Shown: positions 37,701 through 50,700 of the stretch, piece after piece
Numbering within the stretch: position 1 is the stretch's first letter
Layout of the letters: every line of letters begins with the position of its first letter
Assembly: GCA_048013815.1 (NCBI GenBank)
Contig: CM106585.1
Coordinates: 22,506,001 to 22,570,000 of the forward strand
Direction: 5' to 3'
DNA: 64,000 nucleotides
From: Setoptus koraiensis
Taxonomy: Eukaryota; Animalia; Arthropoda
Program-made: the position numbers and the translations under genes
Notes under the pieces: model-generated
What the model was told of the DNA's origin: nothing
Seen by the model: only the letters and a program-made list of their open reading frames with translations
Database searches by the model: none

Positions 37701-38650
37701 TCATTAGTTTAAATCAAATTGCTTGCCACCGGTGCTTCGAATAGCGAGAGCTGGCTTGTGTTTAGTTAGCTGGTAGCGTTGCAATTGGAGCTAGTTGATA
37801 GTAACTGTTAACCGTGATGCAACAAACAACAACCAACAATTAGCATGAGAATCAGCACTGTGTTGAACTTTTCTACTATCTTCTCTTCTGTGAGAGTTCA
37901 TTCTCTCTCTCTGTCTCTGTCTCACAGAACAGACAGAGGAGAAGTTTTCGGCGCCGACTAGCACCGACTCTCGTGTGTCTTATCTTGGTGATTTATTGTG
38001 TTGTGAGCGTGACTTTACTTACGATTACTTTGTCACAAGTTGCTGCTGTTCGGCCAGCGACTTGTGCAAAAACAACACGGCCACAGGTGAAGTGAATGCG
38101 TAGATCTAATGTCGGCATCAATGTCATGCTAATTTCATTTAGTTGCTTTTAACTTATCTGATGGCCCAATGTTTCGCCTGAGATCACCAACGGCACCGAC
38201 GACAGCAACAACAACAACAACAGAATTACCAACGGCTATGGTATAAACAACAACAATATCTACTGGCACTACTAACGCATTATCGCAATTCCAACAATTG
38301 GATAACAGAAAATTCTCACACTCAGTGATATATAAATTAGACAATCACATCATCTAGATAGATAACGAAAACACTAAACACTAGACTCTAGCAACTACAC
38401 ATACACACATATATCTGCTGACCACTGTTGGGGCTCGAACAAAGTTGCACAATTTAAACAAGTTATATTGTGACTGAGAGGCAAAATGTGTTGTTGTAAC
38501 TGTGTGTGCCTGATGACCAACAACACAACACAACAAATATCCACTGCATAAGATATTGCCGTTGGACTAACAATTTGCAATTTGAAAATTGTTAGTCATT
38601 CATAATAGTCAATAGGTTAGGAGAGAGCTCGAGGGCACAGCAATACTCAC

Positions 38651-38769
38651 TTGACATCCAGGCGGATGGATCCGAATTGCCAGTAGATTTTGGTGGGAAG
38701 TGGGTCCGAGCAAAACGAAGCCGTCAAATCGGCACGGCTACCCTGAACTGCCTTCACAAGACTTGGCGA
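38651..38769 (-). CDS. Ig-superfamily gene exon 7 (start of the last Ig domain seen)
   Basis: cag|SPSLVKAVQGSRADLTASFCSDPLPTKIYWQFGSIRLDV|gtgagt; phase 0 to 2. Confidence 0.85.
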
Positions 38770-41700
38770 CTGCTCGGTGACGATTTGGGTGAAACAAGAT
38801 GAAAATTACAGTTAGCATATGACAAAGTGAGCATCTCACAAATAAACCAACAAACAAACAAACAAACAGCAACAAAATGCTCACCCTGACTAGGAACTGG
38901 GGCTCGCCGAACACGTCCAATATTATGTTCGATGATCTGACTGTGTAATCGTAACCATTAATCCTGTTCTTGGCCTCGCAATGATAGTCGCCCTCTTGCT
39001 TGTATGTGACATTTTGCATAACTAAATATTGACTCTTGTTATCCAAGGGGAACGCTTGACTGTATTTGCTCATGGGATCTGTGTAGAACCATTTAACTTC
39101 CGGTTCGGGATTGCCCTCAAATATGCAGGCCAGTGTGGCTCGTTGGCCGAGACTAACTGACTCAGAGTGAGAGGTATTTAATAGGACGGGCGCATCTGTT
39201 TGGTTCAAATGTTTTTTGTTTCATATCATATGATAATTCGGTTTGTTGTGGCAATGTGCAATTAATTAAATTAATTGGATCAATTAGCATATTGTGTGAT
39301 GTTGTATTGTTGTAGCATGATATTTCAATTAGACAAAGGCGAGAATGTTATGTTATGTTATAATGGTCATATCATTACATGCAACAATATAGCTAATAAT
39401 AGCTTATATCACTTATATCAACAAGTGACCTGACTTACATAATACGTTGAGCTTTACGTCGGTTGGATGTGAAACACCGTAGCTATTTTGCGCCAAACAC
39501 TCAAATATATTCTGATTGAGATCGCGACTTATTGAATTGAATTCTAATAGGGGTCCGGCTCTAGTGGGCGAGGTTATCGCCTGCTGAGAATTGTGTTTGC
39601 CAATTGAGCTGCCAGGAGTGGATCCTAATTATGCATACGGGTCGGGTATGTTTGTGTTTGTGTATCGCATATTGTTGTTGATTGAGTGCGGCCATTATCG
39701 CAAACAATTTGAATATAATTGGAGCGCCATTAAATTTAGATATTGGTACAGTTAGTATAAAGTTGGTATTTAGTTTGATATTTGGATAGTATTTTATATT
39801 TCAGTTAATTAGCATCAGTTATTAACAACATCACAGTATGCTGTCGGATAGATGGCAATTTATCCACAAGTGCGTGAATTGTGGGGTCAAAATGTCAACT
39901 GGCCACAATTGGCGCTTAATTGTGTGTGTGCGCGCTTGACCCGTTTCTACTAGAAACTTTCAAGCCCATTTTAGCCAATCTGCCAATACAATTACTCGCT
40001 GGCTACAAAAATTATTATTATTATTATTTCTTGTGGGTCGCCCGCTAACCACTGAGGCTGACACTTCCTTATTGTGTGGCCACTGGCCATAGAATAAGAC
40101 AGACGGAATAAGACAGATAGACCAGGCAGACAGCAGCAGATAAGCAACGGATAAGCCAGTGGAACTCTGGCGAGACTTTCTAATGTTGTTGCTGCTGCTG
40201 CTGCCTTCCTAATAACCGTGCATTGGATGTTGTCACGCGACATTGTTGTTGCGACAACACAAGTTGCACACAGAAACATTTAAACGCAACAGGTAGCAAC
40301 AAGCACTGATTGGCTTATTTGAATATTTGAATAAAATGTTGGCTAGTTACAAGTTGCAATGATTATTGCGCAATAATGATGAATATTAATCGATTGGTTA
40401 CACTTGATTTTCACCTCACAACATTCAAAGCCGTTAGAACAGTCTGGTCAATGCATCTAATTATTTTTGTCGCCTGCGTGCTAGAATATTGCAAGTTGCA
40501 ACAATTAACTGGTTGCACCGACAACACCGGCAAATCAACTGTTGGTGCATGATTTTGTTATTTCTCACTTTTACTATTGAGCTGCCTGTTGGCTTGTCGG
40601 CTTTTCGGCTTGGCAAGACCGCGCTGGCAAGACGGTGCTGGCAAGACAGTGCTGGCGAGACAGTGCTGGCAAGACTGGCCTGCTGATTGAGGAGCTGGCA
40701 AGTGCAAACATCATGTCAGTTGTGCACGATGGATTTTCGTGAATATAAACTCTTACATAATGTCTATTCGCGCAATTGGATTCGTCTATTGCACTAGTTG
40801 GCCTAAAGCCAAAAGTAGGTCTGGCAATTAACGGGCGCCACATGTAGTCGCCAGTGGTATTATCAATATAAATAATGTATCGTCCTAATCAATGAATTTC
40901 TGTTTGGCTTCACTGCTCAAGCTTGTGTGTGCCAGTGTTTATATTAGACAATCACACACATACACACAATCTCGCCAGTGTTCAACAGGAAACAGGAAGG
41001 TGTGCTGAAAAGAAGAATTAATTTTGTGTTCGTTATATCGCAACAATTTGGAGAGATCGTCTGCACAAGACGAAGAAGAAAAAGTTTGCCAAGAGCAACT
41101 TTTCATTCACTTCTTTTTGCAACTTTCATTCGCCTGGGTGATGAGTAACTGTGGCAGCGGCACACTAAGACAGCAGCACTAAGCGAGGATTATCATAAGC
41201 CCGATTATTATTATCATAGATACAGTGTGTGCGAAGGATGTTGCAAAATTATTTATATTTATAATTCCAAAGTGTAAAATGTAAATTGTGAGTGTGTTGC
41301 ATTTGCATCTGGAATGCTCACTAAGTATATAAATATAACACTCTCCCTCTCTGCGCCCAAGTGTGCATTATATAATTGAATCACATTGATCGGCTTCCAA
41401 TATTGTGGCCCGACCTGACCACAACAACGGCAACAGCAACAACAACCGCAACAGCAACTGCAACTGCTACAACAACTGCAACAACTGCGACATGCACACG
41501 CTGCAAACAACATAAACGTGACCAACAAGCATGATGCAATGTTACGTAATTCAAACACTTTTATTTACACTGTTGGTTGGTTCGCTGGCTTTATAAGTGT
41601 GTGTGTGTGTGTGCGCTGTCCCGACACCACCCAAGGCAGATTATCTCAATCTTTTTGCGTCTCATCTTTTTTGATGGTGGCAGCTCTCACTTCAGCTTAA

Positions 41701-44700
41701 ATCTCTGCTCGTTTATACCCAACAACAACAGTGTGCTCGAATCGCAAATCTGCGACTGTCTCTCAAGTTGAGAGTCTCAACTATTCTCTTCACCTTGCAC
41801 ACAATTTCACCTGTTGAATCTGTTATATCTGTGTGCAGTTTCAGAGTGGCTAAATTGGGCGACTTCGCGAGCACGGATATAACTGGGTTTGCTGACGATC
41901 GCAGCGACCACTGAGCAACAGTGTGTTACAACCGTGATAGCGCAAAACTGACCAGTAAACTGATTGAAGTTTGCCCAAGATAAATCACACAATCAAAACA
42001 AATCATTTTGGCGCCCACTAATGGTCACAGCACGATGATATATGCAGACAATTTGCAAACATTTTGCAGCCAGTTTACAAACAATGGCAACTGTATAGTA
42101 GTGACTGTTGCCATTGAGTAAAGTATGGAGCAAAGTAGAGTTAATTAACTAGAGATAATTAGCGTATAGAAGCGTACTTACCGTCGGTCACCAATCGCCA
42201 ACTTATGATACTTGGCGGCGGATTTGAATCAACGTTGCATGTAATACTCAGCGGACTGCCCTCGACAATTGAGTGCTCCCGTTGGCCAACGCTTACAGTG
42301 GGAATATCTGACAGGAGAGACAATAAGATAGATAGGTATAATTAGTATTAGAGCAGTGGGCCAAATTTAAGTTTTTTAGTCTGCAAGTTTAACATTGACG
42401 TCAAGTGAAAGGTAAGTCGGACGGCACGCAAACATAAGTCGCCAGACACACCATCAAGTGATCACAAAACGAGTAACGGTAAATCAAGTATCAGCAGTGC
42501 AAGATTTCAAGGTGAAATCGGCTAGCTTGACAGGTTGCTGGCACGTTTAGCCATCGGTTGTTGTTGTCGTTTTTTGCTAGCAAAGAAAGTGATAGATTCA
42601 ATTAAACAGACATATTAGCCGATGGTTAATTCGGCAAATGGCGACGCCAAAACACTTAAAAAGTCAAAAAGGTAAGGTGACGCGCAGCCATTTGAGCCAG
42701 CTGAAATAGACTGATTCAAACGGATAATAGACTGGCGGCCAGACTGTAAAACATTGTTGAAAATAAAACACAACACACATTTCACACAAATTTACAATAC
42801 TAATTTATACAGGCGAGAAGTATCACCACCGCTAGAGAATAATGCAAGCCTAATGTAAGTTGTCTAATGGTGCGCATACGCCAGATAGATAGATTCAACC
42901 AATTGCTATTGGTTGGTGTATTGTTGCTAATGGGTTTCGATAGTCGCTCACAGGTAACCTGTTCAACCTTTGCACACTCATACTCACAACAATTGCAGTC
43001 AATTGTGAGTCACAATTTGTGAGTATTGGCCAGTCTCAATACTTGCAAAAGCTCAATATTTAAAAGCGCAATTGTAGCAAAAGCGAAATTCTCTGGCAAG
43101 ATACGCACTGCAAACAATATGGATAAACCGACAGCAAACTCAATGGGACGGCTCATTAAATATACACACACACACACGTTTTTGATGGCGGCCATTCATC
43201 AATTTGTTTTCTCGCCCGGCCAATTGATTGCTTGCCTCTGATCTGCAATTGCAATGCATAGTATGCATTGCCTAGGCTTGCAGTGGCAGCAACTGCCGTT
43301 TGCTGTTCGTTTGCCAACAATCTCGACTGCCGATGGTCGGTAGTTGTTGTTCAAAGTGGCGCACTTTGTCTAATGAATTCAATTGTCTTATTATCCGTCT
43401 TGCCGGCCAGTCTCAAGGCCCCGCTTCTCTTTATCCGACGTGCATAACATATATGGCATATTTATTATACGCAGAGAGAGATACGGACTGACCAGTTAAG
43501 GCGTCTGTAGGGCGATTTCATGCTCACGCCGGCGCTGCCAGGGTCAGGCCGATGTGAGCTGCAAGCAATCAATTCAAGGTGCTTACAATTGCCATTTCCA
43601 GTTTGTGCCCACTACCTGGCGCTACCTGCAATGATACAATAACAATAAATAACTATAACTAACATTTACCTTTGTAATAGTAATCTAATGAAGCCATTAA
43701 ACAAACGTATCGCCTAAGGTCCAAATGATTATCGTCCGCTGTGTGACTGCTATATATACACTGCCAGTACATCTTGGCTCTTCTTTTGGGCCGATTCTTT
43801 TGGCAAACTCTGTTGGCAAATTCTGTTGGCAAATTCTTTTGGCAAATGCGGATAATAACAGCGCCAACAACACCAAATAAATAACAATTGCAGTCTAAAA
43901 GTAGACAACAATAAACGCACAAACAAACAAAAACAAACACACGCTGATCGATCATCGAGCACGCACCAACAACAAGCTAACCAGATAATCACGTCAATTG
44001 ATTGCCACTATGATATGCCGAGATGAACAACAAACAAACAAATTGCAACAATTTGCTCCCTTGTGCCATTGGTATTAACGATAATTTATTATTAATATTA
44101 ATACCTGTCTCTACATCCAGTCGCTAGTCGCTGGCTGGCCGGCCGGCTATTTTGTCGTGTTGATATTGTTATCATTGTTGTTTCGAGCTCACGCCGAGAA
44201 AACTTTGCCCGGCTTTACAATTCGTGGCCAGATGATTTGATAGTTCGCTCAACCAAATCGCTGGCTTCTTTTTTTATCCAAATCAACAAAAACTCGCTCA
44301 CTCTATCTTGTTTGTAAGCATGCGAATCACACTGACAATGATTCATTTGTTACACGCCTTATTGGATTAGCATCCAAATTGGCGAAGCAACATTCACGAA
44401 AAATCACGGCCCTCGCCCTGGTCGCTAACAGTGCCACGTTAGCTACCAACAGTCGCCCCACAGTTGGCTAGCTGAGTATTAAGCAAGCAACTATCTGGAT
44501 AATCCCATTTGCGTGCATGTCAATTCATACACAGACACAACAACAACAACAACAATCTAATAATTAAATAAATAGATTAATCAAACCGACTTTTTGTTGC
44601 AATGTTTGCAACTTGCAACCAATAATAAATAGTGAATACAACTATACTTACAATGCACGTCCAATTCCACTGTGCTCGATTGATTCAATGTTGGGTGCCA

Positions 44701-47700
44701 ACCGGAACAGGTGAGATTTTTGCCGTTCATCTGACGCTTGACATCGCCCATTTTGAGTCTTGACACTGTCGTTCTAGAGGCGCTAGTGGTGGCGTTAGTT
44801 GTGTATTGCACGGCCTATGTCATCAATTAATTAAATTTGTGTCACGTCCACGTGTGGCGCAATTTGTTTAGCAGAGATAATTGAAGTGAATATGGAAATG
44901 GAAAATAAAATAAGGTAAAAGTTAGTTGATTGTGGTTCATTGTAAAAATAATACACAGTCAGTGTTTACAGTGTCGCGATTGAGGGCTAGAGTGGTCGTT
45001 TCAATAATTATATCAGTAACGAGATTGCAAATTCATCATCTTATGGTGTGATTTGCTTGCCGTGAAACAAGAGTTCAGTTTATGTTGTTTGTATCAGAAG
45101 TGCCAATTTAGATAGTACGCTAATTGGTAGAATTGGATCAAGATGAGTCACCCGAACTAGACTAAAATGGACAAACATGGCCGACATTGTTGCTGATAGT
45201 CATTAGCATAATGGGACAAGAAAAGAGAAGCAACTGCTAATTATCTACACGTACTCATGGCAACACATGTGTCATCCTTATACAGTGTACTGATATAATA
45301 CTGTACAACTGTTAAAACTGGTATGATACAGTCACAAACACTCAATACATGATGATGATGATGATCAAACTGCCAGTGATATACCGAGCGAGAATAACTG
45401 TAATGTTTTGTAATGATGATAATTGTTTGTAAAAGTGTTTATCTCATATAATATTCATTATGATATTCACTACAACATTCATACCTCCGATCGGGTTAAA
45501 GGTGAATAAGACGAATAAGGAGGGCAACTCCCTTATTCATGAATATTTTTCTATTCTCATTCACTTGTCATTGGCGTGAACACGCTGGTCGTGGTGTTAC
45601 AACTGTTGTAACGTGCATAACAAGACACATGATAATGAGCAATGACGTATTACGTAACAACAACAACAACACGCAGCACTTGTTTTACTGCACTTGTCAA
45701 TTGTGGCTTCAATTGTTGGTCAACTTGTTGCTTCATTTGCTGATCGCATTCACAATTGTCAGTGTTACAACACAACAGCTGACAGTCGGACAGTGGAGAG
45801 TGGAGAGTCTTGGCGCGAGACAGACGCCACTTGGCGTTGTTGTTGTCCGATGATAGGTGAAGGTGACACACAAACAAAACTTGTATTAGTAACAAGCAGC
45901 AACAACGACAACAACAACAACAGCGCCGTATAAAGGCGACTCGTGAGTGTAGACAAAGAACAAATTTGCGTATATTGCAACGTAGTAATAATTCAAGTTT
46001 GCGTCATTTACAGTATAGATTTGCAATTAGTAACAAGAGAGAGTGAGAGTAAGTTTCACATAACAACAATTTTGGCAAGTTGTGGTTTCACTGGTCCAAC
46101 TGTGACGTTGCCAGTTTGCTGCTGTCAATGGCGAGGACACTTGAAGCGACTGACCATCTCCAAAGGTCAGTTTGTGTGTTGCGCTGTTGTCTCCACTAAT
46201 GAGCGCTAGTGCAATTTGCTAATGCAAAACACATAATGCAAGAATGCCTGTTGTGGTTTACATTATACATTATGCAATCAGCACTGCATTGGATAATGTT
46301 GCCATTAGCATCGACGACAATATTAGCAGCGGGCAGCAACCCGCTGATTTGATGGTGGCTTCACTTATTATTATTACTTTGCTTATTATCGGATGGCACC
46401 TTGTCAACCTGTTGCTGTCTTGTTGTTGTTGTTGTTTTTGTTTGCTGGCTTGATTGGCACGTCGTTGTTCGATTTGCATAAGATCATCTCTCTCTCGTGA
46501 CTTGGCCAATCAAATCAGTCGGCATTATACAGCACACAGTGGCTGTTAGTTTGCTTTATTGCGCTGACCACTAACAGCAACAGCGGCAGCAACAACAGCA
46601 ACAACAGCAACAACAACAACAACACAAACGACGTCTTGCCAGAATTACAAATTCATTCAATCAGCAGCGAGCAATTGCCTCAGAAACAGGTGAAATTTAT
46701 TTATCTCGTTTGATTTTATGGGCAGTCATAAGTTTGTATTGTGTTGTGATTGATGGGGCGGCAATGTTGTAATAATGTTGCTGTGATAAACTATTGTAAA
46801 TCAGACAGATCGGATCAGATCAGATCAGATGAGTTCGCGTTGGATTGGATCTGGCGTCGGATCAATTGTGTGCGTAACACGGCGTGTAAACGGCCGCTTT
46901 CAATAGTTGTTATGTAACTGTTGCTGTTGTTGTTGCTGCTGCACACAAACAACGAGCAACGTTAAAACGTGTATTATGTTGTCATGACAACCATCAGCAG
47001 CCTCTCATTTGTGCCATTGATTGAACTTGGCTCACTTACGCAATATCAGCCAGGCACACGTAACAACAGATAGCGCAGTCAAACGAGTGAATGAAACCGA
47101 AATTAACTCATCTTGTCACTACCATCGCTGTCAGTTGGGTCATTGGGCTTCGGGGCAAATTCAGTCGGAGATTCAAAGATTGGCGTGCATTTAGGGGCAC
47201 ACAAGGAGAGCATGGATGAACATGGTTTCTCGTTAGATGTCAATAACAGTCAATAAATAACAGCTAGTTACAACAGTAATATAAATATAAATCATTGTCA
47301 TTGGGCCTAACTGACAGTGAGTTGATGGTCAAACGGCAATAACAATCATTGATTGCTTTATTATCTCATTTGTTGTTGTCGTTTAAATGTGTTGTGAATC
47401 TCAAAATCAGCATACAAAAGTCAGTTTTTATGCTGATTTGGGCTGCCCAATTGAACTGACCGTTGTGAGCCCGACCGTCAGGTGGCGCACAGTTCAATCA
47501 GTTATTCGGTAGCCTACTACTCGCTTGCAACTCGTACAATTGTAAGTAGCTTGGTGTCCGTTTGGAGATGAATAGTCGGCCACGAATTGGCAGCACATAA
47601 TTATTACAAATTTTATTAGTTGTATGAATATTCACAACGAGCGACTCTTTGTGTCGAGCCAGTTTCGTCAAGCTCGACACACAGAGACACAAATACCACA

Positions 47701-50700
47701 ACAAGTTGGCGATAACGTGTAACGTATTGATGGTAATGGCAATAATAATGGGCATACACACGACCGGCAACTTGCCAGTTGCAATACAGACTCCGTCTAG
47801 AGAGTTATTTATTGGAAGAAGCGACCCGAACGTGGATAATTGGCGAGCTGTTGCGGCCGGCGAGCTGCACTTGCGTTGCGGCAATTGCAATTCGCAAACA
47901 GATCGAGAAAAATGCGCTCGCAACTATATTGGCAAGAGCAACAATGAGTCGCTCTCGGCAATATCAGCCGAGCTCGTAAGGTGCAGATATTGGCAAGTGT
48001 GCGTGAGAGCACATTTTCATCGCTAATTTGAGCCTTCAATTTTTGAAAATTTCATTTGCCGCACCGATTGAGATTGTGCACTGTTGCGGTGCTGCGAATG
48101 TGCGCTCAAATTTTCAAATTTTCCGACAAATTTCAAATTGTTAGCGCCCAAGGAGAAATAAAGGCGAAAAAAAGCGGACAGCGAGAGATGATGAGCCCTT
48201 GAACGTTATTGTGGCTGTTGGGATGGTTAGCGTTGCTGGGCAAACAGTACGCGTTTTTTCACATCCATGACCAAGTCGCTGACTAGTGTGACGAGTGTGC
48301 ACTATTCAGCCATTCGAGCCGCTCGAGCCGCTCAAGTTGAGAGGTGAATTAGCCCCGATGCCGGCCCACAATCGAGTGCGAGCCAAACAACCAGCCAGCA
48401 ACACGACTGACATTGCCAACAAAGTGCTAAAAGAAGCGACGAAAGAAGAAGCGACCCCAACGAGCGATTCTTTTGTGCAACACGCCGGACATTTTAATTA
48501 CACGTTGTCAGGGACAGCGGGCCAACAATGTACAAACACTGTCATCGCTGGCGTGTGTTTGTTGCCGGTGACAGGTCATTTCCATGCGCTTGTTGGTATT
48601 TTGAGCGTCATTTCGACACTAGACGGCACACGGCCAGTCGCCATTGTATGCAGAGACAACAATTTGCTCTGACTCATTTCGACAATGTCTAAAAATGATT
48701 TAATTCCCTTTGTTGTCGCTCGCAGCTACACTGCAAACACACCTGAGCCTGATGCTGTTTACCATTATCAATTTGCTCCAATCTGCACACTGGCGATCGT
48801 TCGAGAGCGACTTATCGAGGCATCGTCGCAGCGAACCAAACACTCGTTGCTCATGATGGCGCCACAACCGACACTTGGTTTCTGTTGGCTAAAACAAAAA
48901 GCAAAACAAAAAACAATTGCGCTTCCATTGGTCACGGGTTTCACGCTCGCTCACTATCTCGACATCTTGCTCACCTGGCCACCACATATCTTATCAGATA
49001 TCTGTGCATATTTGTTCACTTTACATGTTCATTTACAATGGCATGCAAGGCACTAATTTTAGTGCAAATTGCTGAGCTCTTGCACAGCAGATCTTATATA
49101 ACTTATATCATATAAGCCAAGGAAAAATGGTGCAAAAAATTCAACAAGTTGCAACAATTCCCTTCGCTCTGTGATACAGCCAAAATAGAGAGAGAGAAGA
49201 GCCCAAAAATTGAGACAAAGGTCAAGTTGGGGACAAAACCACTCTGCTGGCATAGATAGCATGTTTGTGTAGATGACAGCGAATCGTGGATTGTTCATGA
49301 GAATCGATGATTGCTATTATTGTCAAGTGTTTATTTGCAATTTGTTTGCAGTTTATTTTGGCGCCTTCTTATCTTGTTTTAACACACAGTGTTTCACAAA
49401 TGGCGTAGGTCAGACACAGATTTTCAACTCACTGACTCACTCACCGGCTGACCGGATGACCCATTGACAGGTAGCGAGAGTGAGGCTGAACTTGCGACAC
49501 ACACACACACACTCCACTGACACGATGAAATGAAATTATCAATTATCATGCTTATTCAATTATTATATAATAGCATTTATGCTCGTTTTTGTTTCGCAAA
49601 GGTATCCGTGGCTTTGCGATGGCTCGCCTCTTGTGTCCACACCACAAATAATACACACACACAAGCAACTGACATCGAGTGAAGAGAACACAATCGATAC
49701 TTATCCACAATCAATAGTTACATAATAGTTACACAAAAAATAGAAAAGTGGAGATTTTCTGTAGAAGACATTATTACGTAACCAACACAACAGCGACAAC
49801 AAGTGGCTCGATACTGGAACTCGCTTACTTTGCTAGCCACAGTGCGTGCCACATTGTGACTATGCAAGTAAGCTTAGGTGTGTGAGTGTGTGTGTGTGTG
49901 TGTGTGTCGGTGTGGCGACTGGTCAAGAACAAGAACAACGACAACAACAAATGGGAAAGTCGCCCATCAATCAATTATTCAATCGTCGGTACTGTCATCA
50001 TTCACTGTTGAGCTTTACTGTTACAGCAGTAAGGTCGCGATTATGAGCGAGAGAAGCGACTGTTCTTGCAACAATATTACCTAACAAGAAGAATCTTACG
50101 TAACAATATTACGAGCGAGCCAATTTGTTTTTGTTTCTTTGTCTCTCTTGTAACATGTTGTCGTCGTTGTCGTTGTTGCTGTTGTTGCTGTTGTTGCTGT
50201 TGTTGCACTCCCTCAACGTCCGACCAACTGACTGACTGACTGACTGACTGACCGACCGACTGAATGAATGAATGACTGACACACAACGCAACAGCAACGG
50301 ACAGCACACAACCATTGCTGTTACGTAACACTCTGTGTGATATACCCTGTGTTTTCATACAAAACAGCTGACTGTCCCTGTTTGATTGGACAAACGGCCA
50401 GTGCTCGCCGGCCATAAAATAATTGCAACCAATCGTAAATATTGATTTATCTGGCCACTACAACAACAGCCACAACTGACCAATAGATGCGATTAACACA
50501 CACACGCCAGCCAGTAACTGGCAACTCTCTCGCGTCTGACATAATGACTGGCCGCATCAGCATCGGCCAAAAGCGGCCAAAAACAATTGCCAAGAACAAT
50601 ATTGCGCAATATTTCCAAGCAAATACAAGTTGCATTTGGCCCGATATGAAGAATAGATAAAGATAATGGCCGATGATTCTCACGACTTGCATTGGCCACA

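Noticed and set aside
43588-43626. Exon-like cattgcag|VAPGSGHKLEMAI|gtaagc inside Ig intron 3
   Set aside because: A phase 0-0 exon cannot be inserted into a phase-1 intron without a frameshift.
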